This document shows positions 19,823 through 29,571 of a stretch of 64,000 bases of DNA, one piece after another. Origin of the DNA: a virus; UHGV virus genome UHGV-0286546. One strand, written 5' to 3'. The translations under genes were made by a program, and so were the position numbers. Under the pieces are notes generated by a model. That model was not told the DNA's origin and did not search any database. It saw nothing but the letters and a program-made list of their open reading frames with translations. The stretch's first letter is position 1; the number at the start of each line of letters is the position of its first letter.

Positions 19823-20800
19823 TTAATCTAAAATATAACTATAAATACTTTTCATTCCTGGACATCCTGTTTCATCAAAAATTAACTGAAAGCAATCTCC
19901 ATTACAGTATTTAAAAAATTTACAAGTTAAACAATTTATAGATCTTTGTTTTTCTAAGTTTATTAAATTTTCTTTTATTTTTGTATCTATTTTGTCTAAA
20001 TTACCATATTTTTTATCACAAGTATTAGGACATCCTGCTATTGTACCGTCTGGATTTATAGTAATTACATCATTCATACAAGATCTATTTCTACAACCTA
20101 AGAAAATACCATTGATAGATTGTTTAATCCCTTCAAATAAAGGTATTTTAAGTTTATTATTCTTTTCGTATAGTTTATAAGCTTTTAATAACCAATTTTG
20201 TAAATCTATATTATATGGTCTTAAGTTATTATCTAAGGCTCTACCCGTATTAGTTATTCTTTCAAAATTAAAATTATATATATCTTTATCTGTAAAATAT
20301 TTAAAGATTTCTTCAGGTTCTTTTTCTTTTATTAAAATATTAGTAAGACATATAATAGGTTGTACATTTATATTATTTTCTTTTAATAACCTAACATTAT
20401 TTTCCCAAAGTTCTTGTTGATCATCTTTAAAACGTATTTTATAATCCCAAGATGTTAAAATAAAAGGATTATTATCAAAAGGTAACATCTGTTTAAAAAT
20501 ATCTAAATGTTCTTTTGTTATTTCATATATTAAGTTTGTAGTAATTGTCCATTTAAAGTTTAAATTTTTAGTTTTATATAAAAGATATTGGATATTAGAT
20601 ATATCATACATAAAAGGTTCACCTCCATGTAAATGTATATCTATTTCTTCATTATTAGTATTTAATGATTTTAAATAAATAATTACTTTTTCTAATATAT
20701 TTTTTGACATATTACTATGATTATGTAAAATTTCATTATAACAATGCTTACATTTTAAATTACAAGCGTTTGTTAATTTTATATATATAGTTTTAGTCAT
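19823..20800 (-). CDS. Radical SAM enzyme with C-terminal SPASM-type Cys clusters (325 aa)
   Basis: CNLKCKHCY (CxxxCxxC), HGGEP, TSWDYKIRF and the C-terminal clusters CRNRSC...GCPNTC...CLTCKFFKYCNGDC...GCPG. Confidence 0.8.
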   Translation of the reverse strand: MTKTIYIKLTNACNLKCKHCYNEILHNHSNMSKNILEKVIIYLKSLNTNNEEIDIHLHGGEPFMYDISNIQYLLYKTKNLNFKWTITTNLIYEITKEHLDIFKQMLPFDNNPFILTSWDYKIRFKDDQQELWENNVRLLKENNINVQPIICLTNILIKEKEPEEIFKYFTDKDIYNFNFERITNTGRALDNNLRPYNIDLQNWLLKAYKLYEKNNKLKIPLFEGIKQSINGIFLGCRNRSCMNDVITINPDGTIAGCPNTCDKKYGNLDKIDTKIKENLINLEKQRSINCLTCKFFKYCNGDCFQLIFDETGCPGMKSIYSYILD

Positions 20801-21830
20801 TATTTAATAAAAAGTAAGGTTTTAAAAATTCTTTAGTTTTTTCTAAGTCAATATCTTTTTTCTTAAATATAAAAAAATCATATAAGGTAAAGGGATCAAC
20901 AATAATACACACTGGAATACTAGGATAACCAATATAAAGAGAAGATAGTAATTGTTTATAAGATAAGCTACAAACAAAATGTCCATCGTTTGTTAATTTT
21001 AAAACGATTACTTCTCTGGGTAAATTTTCAGCCATATCTTTACAACAAAAGTTTAAATTTGTTTGATTTAATTCAACATGGCCTATAAATGCTTTGTTTG
21101 TAATATTGTAGTGTAATATCTTATTTTCAATTATAATGTTTCTATATAATTCTTTAGGTAAATTAGTATAAAGAGCATAATGTTCAAAATATCCTTCTTT
21201 TTCCGGAGGAGGAATTAAAGTATAATATTCTTTTTTTAAAATTGACCAAATAGCTTTTTCTGGTAAGTATTTAAATTCTAATTTTGGAATTTCAAAATCT
21301 TTTTTACATTTATTTAAACAAGGAGGTATATTTTCACACAAATCCATATTAAATAATAATATAGTTACATCTAATTCTCCTCTTATTTGTAAAAAATGTT
21401 TTATTACTTGAGGAAGTTGTAACGTATCTTTATTTCCATAATAATTTAATCCACATTCTTGTCTGCTTAATAATTCATTTAACGCTTCTTCTGTAATCGG
21501 TTCATATTCAGTTATATTTATATTTTTAAATTGTTTTAAATCTTCATATTTTAAAGTAATTGATAAATATTCAGATTTTGAACACCAATCCAATAGATCA
21601 TTTTTAGCAATATTTATTTTTTTGTATGAAAAGTCTAAATTATCTAAATCTAAAGCTAGTTTTCTAACTAAGTATTTTAAATAATTTATTTGATTTGAAT
21701 ATGTTTCAACAGTCCAATCTTTAGGTTCCGCATAAATATCATCTCCTTCTTCATATGAAATAGAAGGATTGTATCTTAAATTTTTATCTTCTAATATTGA
21801 AATAGGTAAAGCTTTTGCTATTTTAAGCAT
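20793..21830 (-). CDS. Hypothetical protein (345 aa) within the rSAM operon
   Basis: ORF with 8-nt and 2-nt junctions to its neighbours. Confidence 0.5.
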   Translation of the reverse strand: MLKIAKALPISILEDKNLRYNPSISYEEGDDIYAEPKDWTVETYSNQINYLKYLVRKLALDLDNLDFSYKKINIAKNDLLDWCSKSEYLSITLKYEDLKQFKNINITEYEPITEEALNELLSRQECGLNYYGNKDTLQLPQVIKHFLQIRGELDVTILLFNMDLCENIPPCLNKCKKDFEIPKLEFKYLPEKAIWSILKKEYYTLIPPPEKEGYFEHYALYTNLPKELYRNIIIENKILHYNITNKAFIGHVELNQTNLNFCCKDMAENLPREVIVLKLTNDGHFVCSLSYKQLLSSLYIGYPSIPVCIIVDPFTLYDFFIFKKKDIDLEKTKEFLKPYFLLNND

Positions 21831-21832
21831 GG

Positions 21833-22588
21833 TTATTTCTCAGTAATTAAATTTTCTACATCTGATACAAATTCTGACCAGTTTTCTTGACCCATTCCGT
21901 ATAATAACACCGAAAAAGGAGTAAATTTAAGAATAGTATCAAATAATTCGTTGTTATCTTCTGTAAAAATACTTTTATAAAAAACAGGAGTATCGTTTTC
22001 TAAAGTATCATAAATAAACATGAAGTATTGGTTACGTATAATATCACATATTGAATTATTAAAGAGTTTATCCTCAACCGTTTCTATTTCATTAAAATCT
22101 AATTTTTCATTTTTATTAAAATCTAATCTAGAAATAGGATATAAAGGTAATGAAATAATAAATCGATTGATTTCTTTTAAATAATCTTTATTGTTTTTTA
22201 TAAAGTTTTCAATTTCTTCGTTTGTTAAAATACTTTCAATTGGAAAATCTTGTTGATTATAAAAACCTATAATTTTTATCCAAGTGTTAGTACATTCTTC
22301 AAATATATATTCTATATCCCCTTTCAAATAATACAATAAAAATTGTTCTTTAAAAGAATATTCAGTATTTGAAAAATCTAAATCTATATTTGAATATCCA
22401 GTGTTCCTTAAATAAATATATGTAACTCTAATATTATCCTCTTCGTTTATATTTGGATAATTGAGGTTAGACATATCTATAATGGCACCATGTTCAGAAA
22501 TATCTGTCATTTGATTTATATCGTAAGGTAACCCTGTTTTAATTTGCATAATATTATCTACGTCCTCTATTTGAATAACAACTTCCAT
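21833..22588 (-). CDS. Hypothetical acidic protein (251 aa) within the rSAM operon
   Basis: ORF tightly packed in the operon. Confidence 0.5.
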   Translation of the reverse strand: MEVVIQIEDVDNIMQIKTGLPYDINQMTDISEHGAIIDMSNLNYPNINEEDNIRVTYIYLRNTGYSNIDLDFSNTEYSFKEQFLLYYLKGDIEYIFEECTNTWIKIIGFYNQQDFPIESILTNEEIENFIKNNKDYLKEINRFIISLPLYPISRLDFNKNEKLDFNEIETVEDKLFNNSICDIIRNQYFMFIYDTLENDTPVFYKSIFTEDNNELFDTILKFTPFSVLLYGMGQENWSEFVSDVENLITEK

Positions 22589-23246
22589 GACAATTATTAT
22601 GACATGTATAGAAATTATAAACTAATCCTCCCGCACTAAAACATTGTGATTGCCAGGTGTTATAACAGTTTGAAATTGTATTGTTCATTGAATTAGCAGA
22701 AGCTAGACCTTCTTTTACAATTTCAGTAGGAGGTGTAACATTAGGAGCTGTATTACCTTTTCTTTCCCAAAATTCCGTTTTAGATTGATTACCATCAGCA
22801 CCACCAGGAACAGCAGGAAAAGCAGTATTAAAAATACCACCACCACTTATACTTTGGATTAAATTTCTTGTACCTTCAGTTTTATGATACCAGTTTGTAG
22901 TAAAATAACGAATTTTACTTAAGGTTCGTACTATTCTTAGCATATTATCCCAAAGAGTAGAAGCTGTAATAATTTGATCAGAAATAGTCCAAGTTGGTTG
23001 TGCATCTATAGCAGCTAATTGATTACCAGGCATTGCAACAGGATTAGTCCAGCCTAATGTTGCCCAGTTTCCATTGTTACCTGTTTTACCATAATAAGCA
23101 GTACCTGTAAAATAAGGAATGTTACCACTATGATATTGAATTTTACTATAAATAGTTGCTGTAACTCTAGTATTGAATTCGTTAATAGCACCGATTAAAT
23201 TATCTCTAGAAACTTTTACAATAAGTTGTTGTGCTGGAATTGTCAT
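22554..23246 (-). CDS. Thr/Asn/Gly-rich protein (230 aa) with a Cys-rich C-terminal tail; candidate rSAM substrate
   Basis: The last 40 residues, NCYNTWQSQCFSAGGLVYNFYTCHNNCHGSCYSNRGRR, contain 6 Cys. The gene lies between rSAM genes. Confidence 0.55.
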   Translation of the reverse strand: MTIPAQQLIVKVSRDNLIGAINEFNTRVTATIYSKIQYHSGNIPYFTGTAYYGKTGNNGNWATLGWTNPVAMPGNQLAAIDAQPTWTISDQIITASTLWDNMLRIVRTLSKIRYFTTNWYHKTEGTRNLIQSISGGGIFNTAFPAVPGGADGNQSKTEFWERKGNTAPNVTPPTEIVKEGLASANSMNNTISNCYNTWQSQCFSAGGLVYNFYTCHNNCHGSCYSNRGRR

Positions 23247-23247
23247 T

Positions 23248-24171
23248 TTAATTAACCTTCATTTTATTTAACAAATAATATAGCCCTGAACAATACGGTT
23301 TATCGATTTCAATTAGATGCTCTGCTTTACATTTAGTGAAATATTTACAGTCTTTACAATTTTTATTATACCAAATCTTTTCTTCGTTACAAAAATCTTT
23401 CCACTGCTGCAAGGTTTGAAATTCAACCGGATACTCTATACTTTCTTTATATTTAATTGAACTGAAATTGCCGTTTGGATTAAGAAAAACGAAACTATCT
23501 GCTAAAGGTGAATACTTTGAATCTCTTAGAATTATTTCATTACAAATAGTAAATTTATAATTATGTTTATTCTTTTCATGTATAATTTTATCTAAAAATA
23601 AAATATAATCCTTTGTAGTAATATTATAAACTTTTTTTGAATAAATTGAAGGATGATACTGTATAAAATTTACATCAAAACCCAATTCTTCATACATGTC
23701 TAGCAAAGTAAAAATGTTTTCGTTGAGTAATGACGGTAAAACGACAACAGATAAACTAATTATTGGTAAATGTTTAAAGTTTTTTAAATTTAACAATGTT
23801 TTTTCATAAAAAGGTCTTTCCTTATTTAAGGATATACCACAATTACAATTATTTAATAAACAGAATTCTAAAATTTTAGTATTAGAAAAATTTGTAATAA
23901 AGGTAGGTTTTATATTTTTTATTAATTGATACAAATCATATAAATACGAATCATCTAATAAAGATATTTCTCCACCATATATTGTAGAGCTTTCAATTAT
24001 ATATTCTTTTTGTAATTCAGTTAATCTAGTTGATAATTTTTCCAAAGATAATAAATTTTTATTTTTTGTTAAATTACCTAAATAACAGTATTCACAACTG
24101 TAATTACAATAAAAAGAAGGCATAATAGAAATATTACTTAATGTTTTTAGCATTTTTATATTCTTCGACAA
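23248..24171 (-). CDS. Radical SAM enzyme (307 aa) with a twitch/SPASM-like C-terminus
   Basis: CNYSCEYC, YGGEISLL and C-terminal CKDCKYFTKCKAEH...CSG. Confidence 0.75.
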   Translation of the reverse strand: MSKNIKMLKTLSNISIMPSFYCNYSCEYCYLGNLTKNKNLLSLEKLSTRLTELQKEYIIESSTIYGGEISLLDDSYLYDLYQLIKNIKPTFITNFSNTKILEFCLLNNCNCGISLNKERPFYEKTLLNLKNFKHLPIISLSVVVLPSLLNENIFTLLDMYEELGFDVNFIQYHPSIYSKKVYNITTKDYILFLDKIIHEKNKHNYKFTICNEIILRDSKYSPLADSFVFLNPNGNFSSIKYKESIEYPVEFQTLQQWKDFCNEEKIWYNKNCKDCKYFTKCKAEHLIEIDKPYCSGLYYLLNKMKVN

Positions 24172-25219
24172 AATTATTGTTGTTTTCTAAAAATTCGTAC
24201 AATTGTTTAAAAGGACAATTTGTAGTTTTATAATTTTTGTATAGAATAGAAGTCCAACAAAAGCGTGGACATTGCATAAAGTATTTACAGTAGACGCATC
24301 CTCTTTTATTTTTACCTAAATTTGCTTTTATTTGTGAAACATTGTCTTCTGATATTTTTAAATTTCCATAAAAGTCTTCGTTTGGTAAAATAGATGATGT
24401 TTTTACACAGTTATATGTTACGCAATCTTTACACGCAGAAAGATGCTTATGACAACCACATATAAATTCTTTTTCTCTTTCTGGAAAACAAAAACTGTTT
24501 AAAATTTTTTGTAAATCTAATATATTATAAAATTTATTGATTAAACAGGTTTTAAAGAATAAGAAAAGATCATCGTCACTAGGTAAGAGAGTTTTCCAGT
24601 TTATATTTGGAATGTAATAATTAATGTCTATTTTTTGTGTAAATTGTAAGTTTTGTAAATGGGTTAAATTATTACAATATTCAAGTATATTAGGTTTTGT
24701 AAGTGTAATTGATATTTCTTCCAATAGATTAAGAGAATTAAAGTACTTTGCATTTGTTAGCATTAAATTTTTTTGTTCTTCTGTTTTAAATCTATCTATT
24801 GGATCGTAACTTATATTTAATTTACTGTTTGTATCGTGTAATAGTTTTAAAACTCTATCAGTCTTTTTATATACACCATTAGATACCCATAAAAAGATTA
24901 AAGTAATATCTGGAAAGACTTCTTTGAATACTTTTTTGAAATTTGAAATTAGTTTCCTATATTCATCAAAAAGGGTATCCGGTAAAGCATCATAAAATAG
25001 TTCACCACCCCACATTCTAATAGCAATCTCTTTTGTATTTGGATATTTTTTATATTCTTCTTTAAATCTATCCACTAAAAGTTGAGGTATAGAATGAATC
25101 CAATTTAAATCTATTTTAGTATTTTCATGCGCTTCTAAACAAAATTTGCATCTTAAATTACAAGCTTCGAATAAAATACAATCAAAACCAAAACGTATAT
25201 CTTGAGAACTAGTAACCAT
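24134..25219 (-). CDS. Radical SAM enzyme (361 aa), CNLxCxFC subfamily
   Basis: CNLRCKFC, WGGELF, ISYDPIDRF and C-terminal clusters CGCHKHLSACKDC...CVYCKYFMQCPRFC. Confidence 0.75.
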   Translation of the reverse strand: MVTSSQDIRFGFDCILFEACNLRCKFCLEAHENTKIDLNWIHSIPQLLVDRFKEEYKKYPNTKEIAIRMWGGELFYDALPDTLFDEYRKLISNFKKVFKEVFPDITLIFLWVSNGVYKKTDRVLKLLHDTNSKLNISYDPIDRFKTEEQKNLMLTNAKYFNSLNLLEEISITLTKPNILEYCNNLTHLQNLQFTQKIDINYYIPNINWKTLLPSDDDLFLFFKTCLINKFYNILDLQKILNSFCFPEREKEFICGCHKHLSACKDCVTYNCVKTSSILPNEDFYGNLKISEDNVSQIKANLGKNKRGCVYCKYFMQCPRFCWTSILYKNYKTTNCPFKQLYEFLENNNNFVEEYKNAKNIK

Positions 25220-26321
25220 TTCGCCAATCCAAATAATCTATTAAAACTTCTTTATTGTTTTCAATATACTCATAAACTCTTTTATAAGGACAAATCGTAG
25301 GTTTAAACTTATTAAAAACAATTGCAATCCAACAAAACATTTGACATCTGTTGTAATACTTACATGTTAAGCATCCTCTTTTTTGTAAACCTAGGGTTGC
25401 TTTTATCTTATTTGTATTTTCTTCTGTAATGTTTTGTGTATATTCACCATAAAAACTTTCGCGTGGTAATAAAGAACTGCAAGTTGCACAATCTACACTC
25501 CATTCACCGTGTGTAATTTGAGAACAATATTGACAATCACAATATTTCGAAATGTTATCTTTACAGAAATATTGGAATAGCCTTTCTAATACTTTAATTT
25601 CATATAATTTGTTTTTAATAGCCCATTCAAAAAAGCTAAATATCTCTTCGTCAGTTGGCAGCAATTCTTCCCAGTTTGGATTTGCGATATAATAATTTAA
25701 ATCTATATTATATCCGAGTTCTTTGAAATACTTTAAATGTGATTTATCATTTATAAAAGCTTGAATTGAAGATTTTGTTAAAGTAATTGATATTTTCTTA
25801 CCAACATTATTTTCTTTAAAATATTTAGCAGATTCTAGCATAGTATTCAATTGAGTTTTAGTTTTAAATCTATTACAAGGATCATAACTCAAATTGATTA
25901 TACCTTTTGAATAATTTACTAGATCTAATACTCTTTTTCTTTTATTGAATACTCCGTTAGAAAGCCAAGAGAACAGAATATTAAGTTTAGAGAAATGTAA
26001 TTTAAAAAGAGAATTTATATTATCAACAAATTTATAATAACTATTAAAAATTTCATCCGATAAAGAATCGAAAAAGATTTCTCCTCCCCATAACATTAAA
26101 TATACAGTTTTTATAGAAGGATATTTTTCATATTCTTTTCTAAAATTATCATAAATAATGGTATGTAAATTTTCAATGTATTTAGTATCTATCTTTTTGT
26201 TTATGTGTGATTCAAAACAAAAATTACATTTTAGATTACAATTTTCAAAAAACATACAGGCAATTTCATATGATTCTGGCTCTTTGTAAAAAGGTATAAT
26301 TGGAGGAGTTACTTTTTCCAT
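25209..26321 (-). CDS. Radical SAM enzyme (370 aa), CNLxCxFC subfamily
   Basis: CNLKCNFC, WGGEIF, LSYDPCNRF and a Cys-rich C-terminus. Confidence 0.75.
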   Translation of the reverse strand: MEKVTPPIIPFYKEPESYEIACMFFENCNLKCNFCFESHINKKIDTKYIENLHTIIYDNFRKEYEKYPSIKTVYLMLWGGEIFFDSLSDEIFNSYYKFVDNINSLFKLHFSKLNILFSWLSNGVFNKRKRVLDLVNYSKGIINLSYDPCNRFKTKTQLNTMLESAKYFKENNVGKKISITLTKSSIQAFINDKSHLKYFKELGYNIDLNYYIANPNWEELLPTDEEIFSFFEWAIKNKLYEIKVLERLFQYFCKDNISKYCDCQYCSQITHGEWSVDCATCSSLLPRESFYGEYTQNITEENTNKIKATLGLQKRGCLTCKYYNRCQMFCWIAIVFNKFKPTICPYKRVYEYIENNKEVLIDYLDWRNGY

Positions 26322-27385
26322 TGTAAATACCTCTTAATAATATCTGGATTATTCTTTATATACTGTCTTATTTTTCTATGCGGGCATTCTTGTAAAATGT
26401 AATCTTCATGACAAAGCTGCATCCAACAGTACATACTACAATTATTATAATGTTCACATAAAAAACAATTTCTTTTTGTCATACCTTTCTTAGTTATATA
26501 TTCTACTGCATCTTCTTCTTTTATATGTTTAAAATCTTTTCCATAAAATTGAATTAAATCTAAAGAAGGAATATAAACATTACAGCTATAATGTAATTTA
26601 TTTTCATAAAAAATGACTGTATTTTTACAATTACATGCTTTCGTTATTTTTTTATTTGAGTCTAAAGTATTTTCAAGTAAACTTTGTAAATAAATACAAT
26701 TAAAAATGTCATTATCTAATAAAGTCTTAAAGAATATAAAAATATCTTCGTCTGTCGGTAGTAAAAAATCTTTATTTTTTGTTGGTACATAGTTATTGAT
26801 ATCTAAGTTTATATTTTCAAATACTTTTAGCTGTTTTGGATCTTCAACATAGTTTTTTATTGCAGGTTTTGTTAAGGTAATAGCAACGTTTTCGATTAAA
26901 TTGTTATTTTTTAATTCATTGAAGTTATTTATAAATAATGATCTTTGTTTTTTTGAAGTAAAGCGTCCAAAGGAATCATAAGATAGGGTTATCTTAGAAT
27001 TTATATCTTTTAAAAAGTTTATTACTCTTTCTATATTATTATAAATACCATTTGACATTACATGACATTGTATTTTAATTTTATGAGTAGAGTACTGAGA
27101 TAAAATGATATCTTTGTAGGCATTTATAAATTCATCAGAAATGCTATCTTGAAATAGTTCGCCACCTCGAATAGAAAGTTTTAAGATTTTAGTGTTTGGA
27201 TGTTTTTTTAAGAGTGCTGATATAAGTAAATTTAGCCTATTAGGTAAACTCTTTAAATAATCTATACTTATTTCTTTTTGTGTATGATTTTGAAAACAAT
27301 GTAGACAATTTAAATTACATTTTTCTAACAGTACACAATCTATTGAAAGAGTATTATTTTTTAATGTTTCGTAATCTATATTCAT
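26309..27385 (-). CDS. Radical SAM enzyme (358 aa), CNLxCxxC subfamily
   Basis: CNLNCLHC, RGGELF, LSYDSFGRF and C-terminal CFLCEHYNNCSMYC. Confidence 0.75.
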   Translation of the reverse strand: MNIDYETLKNNTLSIDCVLLEKCNLNCLHCFQNHTQKEISIDYLKSLPNRLNLLISALLKKHPNTKILKLSIRGGELFQDSISDEFINAYKDIILSQYSTHKIKIQCHVMSNGIYNNIERVINFLKDINSKITLSYDSFGRFTSKKQRSLFINNFNELKNNNLIENVAITLTKPAIKNYVEDPKQLKVFENINLDINNYVPTKNKDFLLPTDEDIFIFFKTLLDNDIFNCIYLQSLLENTLDSNKKITKACNCKNTVIFYENKLHYSCNVYIPSLDLIQFYGKDFKHIKEEDAVEYITKKGMTKRNCFLCEHYNNCSMYCWMQLCHEDYILQECPHRKIRQYIKNNPDIIKRYLQWKK

Positions 27386-28172
27386 GATAAAGTGTTTTTG
27401 GAAAACTACATTCTTTTTGTAAAATGCAAGGCTTACAAATATTTGCCAGCTTACAACTTAAACATTGTTGTAAAACATTAGTTTGTGTATATTGGGGACA
27501 TCCCTTTTTCAATATTCCACTCGGTGTTAAGGTATATGTTTTAGAACAATCACAATTCCAATCAATTAAATTTTCGAATAAAAGATTTTTAAATGAAAAC
27601 GACCAATCTTTAGATATTTTACATAACCAATTATCAACTCTTTCGTAAAATTCAGCTTTTTTAGAATTATCAACTAATTGTTCAAATTTTACACCAGTTA
27701 TAGACTTTATCTTATCCAGTTTACTCAATATTGTTAAAAAGGTATTATAATCACAATTTATTAAGTCTTCCGTTAAAGTAATTAAAATAATACAAGAAAG
27801 GTTGTATTGTTCCAATAGTTTTAAATTGTCTATCCAAATATCAAATTGTTTCGGGGTGAATCTAGTTTGATTCCAAGAGGTAGCAATATCTAAATCATAA
27901 TCTTTTATTAATTTTAGAGAAGTTGCATTTAATAATAATAGATTGGTTGAAATAGAGCTTATTTTTTTTGTTTCTAGGATAGGTATTAATTTTTCTTGTA
28001 GTAACAACGGTTCTCCACCAAACAGTATCCCACGGTCGAAAAAAAGTGTCTTTAATTGTGATATAAATACAGATTCATTATATCTTTCTACTTTTTTATG
28101 TAATTCGCAGTGTGGACAGTCTAAATTACAAGAGTATGTTGGAATGATGTATAATTCTTTTATAGTTTCCAT
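27354..28172 (-). CDS. Radical SAM enzyme (272 aa)
   Basis: CNLDCPHC, FGGEPLL, TSWNQTRF and C-terminal CDCS...GCPQ...CLSCKLANICKPC. Confidence 0.75.
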   Translation of the reverse strand: METIKELYIIPTYSCNLDCPHCELHKKVERYNESVFISQLKTLFFDRGILFGGEPLLLQEKLIPILETKKISSISTNLLLLNATSLKLIKDYDLDIATSWNQTRFTPKQFDIWIDNLKLLEQYNLSCIILITLTEDLINCDYNTFLTILSKLDKIKSITGVKFEQLVDNSKKAEFYERVDNWLCKISKDWSFSFKNLLFENLIDWNCDCSKTYTLTPSGILKKGCPQYTQTNVLQQCLSCKLANICKPCILQKECSFPKTLYHEYRLRNIKK

Positions 28173-29116
28173 CCTGTCCTCATAATTATTTCTTTTCTTT
28201 TGAGCATTTCTGCGCAGTGATTTTTAGTTTGCTTGTTTGTGTTTCTTAAAGAGGTACAGGCATTACACAAATTACACAATTCACAGGTCAAGCATTTTTC
28301 ACTTAATAAAGTATTTATATCTAATTTTTCTTTAGTTGGTATTACTTTTTTTGTGTCGAGTGGTAAAGTCAAGCCAGAAGTTCCACAATCTTCACACCAA
28401 CTGTATGTAATTTCATTTGTATTAGATAGCCAAAATGCTCGAATGGTTGATTTACAGGAGAGATTGGTATTAAAGTTACATCCTCCATTATAAAATTGTA
28501 TTTTGGTATCTTGATATTTATCTAATCCTAATTCTTTAGCTTTTAACCATATATCAATCATTTTATATAAAGGATAAAAATTTTTTGATTTACCAAGAGC
28601 TAACGTCATGTTTAATTTACATTTGGTGTTTAATTTTTTGGCTAAATGTAAGTGATCTAATGCTTGTTTTTCGTTTGCATTGTTTATAAGACTGATAAAA
28701 GGTGGTACATATCCAATTCTTTCTTTGAACATAGTCATGACTTTAATAAACATTTCTTCGGTATATGGTGTATTTTTATCCCACAATCTATCATTACCAT
28801 ATTGAAAAGAAGTACCAATGCCTAACCTTTTATTTTTAAATAGATTTTCCCATTTCTCGGGATAAAAATAAAAATCCTTTAAATTCGTTGTAAAAGCAAT
28901 GTTAAATTCACCGAGTGTTAGTATTTCTTCGTAATAACTTGGATTAACACATAAAGGATCACCACCAGTAAATATTAATCCATCTGGTTTTATAGTATTA
29001 ATTACTTTTTTTAATTCTTCTGGAACTTTTGTCTGATGTTTTATATTAAGAAGACCAGCACTACAGAAAGTACAATTAAAGTTACAGCGACCAGTCGGTT
29101 TTATTATTAGTTCCAT
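28160..29116 (-). CDS. Radical SAM enzyme (318 aa)
   Basis: CNFNCTFC, FTGGDPL and C-terminal CEDCGTSG...CLTCELCNLCNAC. Confidence 0.75.
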   Translation of the reverse strand: MELIIKPTGRCNFNCTFCSAGLLNIKHQTKVPEELKKVINTIKPDGLIFTGGDPLCVNPSYYEEILTLGEFNIAFTTNLKDFYFYPEKWENLFKNKRLGIGTSFQYGNDRLWDKNTPYTEEMFIKVMTMFKERIGYVPPFISLINNANEKQALDHLHLAKKLNTKCKLNMTLALGKSKNFYPLYKMIDIWLKAKELGLDKYQDTKIQFYNGGCNFNTNLSCKSTIRAFWLSNTNEITYSWCEDCGTSGLTLPLDTKKVIPTKEKLDINTLLSEKCLTCELCNLCNACTSLRNTNKQTKNHCAEMLKRKEIIMRTGWKL

Positions 29117-29501
29117 CGATTAGAAATTCCTTTTTAAAGTAATTTATTGTCTTAAGTATAGAGTTATATTGCCAGATGTTTCCTATTTTTAGGAGAATTT
29201 TGTCATATTCTTTTTTATATTTACTGTATTTGTAGTCTTTAAAATATTTATCATCTGGTAGTAAGTCGTCATCATCTAATGCTTCATAAAAAGGTACTTT
29301 AAAAAATTCTTCTAAACATTTAGCATAAATAATGGCTACAAATATAGTTTTTGCTGGATAGACTAATTTAGATTCTGTTTTAAAAAATTTAATTACTTGA
29401 TTAGGTATGTTTTTATAATTAACCGTATAAGGTAAATTTATATCATCCCACTCATGTAATAAATATGATAATTGTCTTTTTTCTAATAGAGTTTTATTCA
29501 T
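29082..29501 (-). CDS. Hypothetical protein and first gene of the leftward rSAM operon (about 139 aa from the ATG at 29501; the track extends to a TTG at 29567)
   Basis: ORF. The ATG choice leaves about 70 nt of divergent intergenic space containing TAAAGTTCTAG and TATAAT-like elements. Confidence 0.45.
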   Translation of the reverse strand: MNKTLLEKRQLSYLLHEWDDINLPYTVNYKNIPNQVIKFFKTESKLVYPAKTIFVAIIYAKCLEEFFKVPFYEALDDDDLLPDDKYFKDYKYSKYKKEYDKILLKIGNIWQYNSILKTINYFKKEFLIDGTNNKTDWSL

Positions 29502-29523
29502 GTTTACTAGAACTTTAGAGTTT

Positions 29524-29540
29524 AGTTCTATTATAATAAG
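29524..29540 (+). promoter_or_regulatory. Promoter-like element AGTTCTATTATAATAAG, containing TATAAT, about 35 nt upstream of 29572
   Basis: The TTCT-WW-TATA pattern recurs upstream of other first genes of units (16497, 31390, 34045, 43476, 45474, 48498). Confidence 0.3.
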
Positions 29541-29571
29541 ATCTTTAAAATATATTGGGATATACAAATAA

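Noticed and set aside
29501-29567. The track's TTG/GTG-initiated 5' extensions (29082..29567, 19233..19547, 60417.., 44377.., 13342..13725)
   Set aside because: Downstream ATGs with better RBS or spacing exist. For 29567 the extension would leave zero intergenic space before a divergent gene. For 13725 it would overlap the upstream gene. The starts were moved, with reduced confidence. The TTG start of 50812 was kept because it has a strong AAGGAG RBS.
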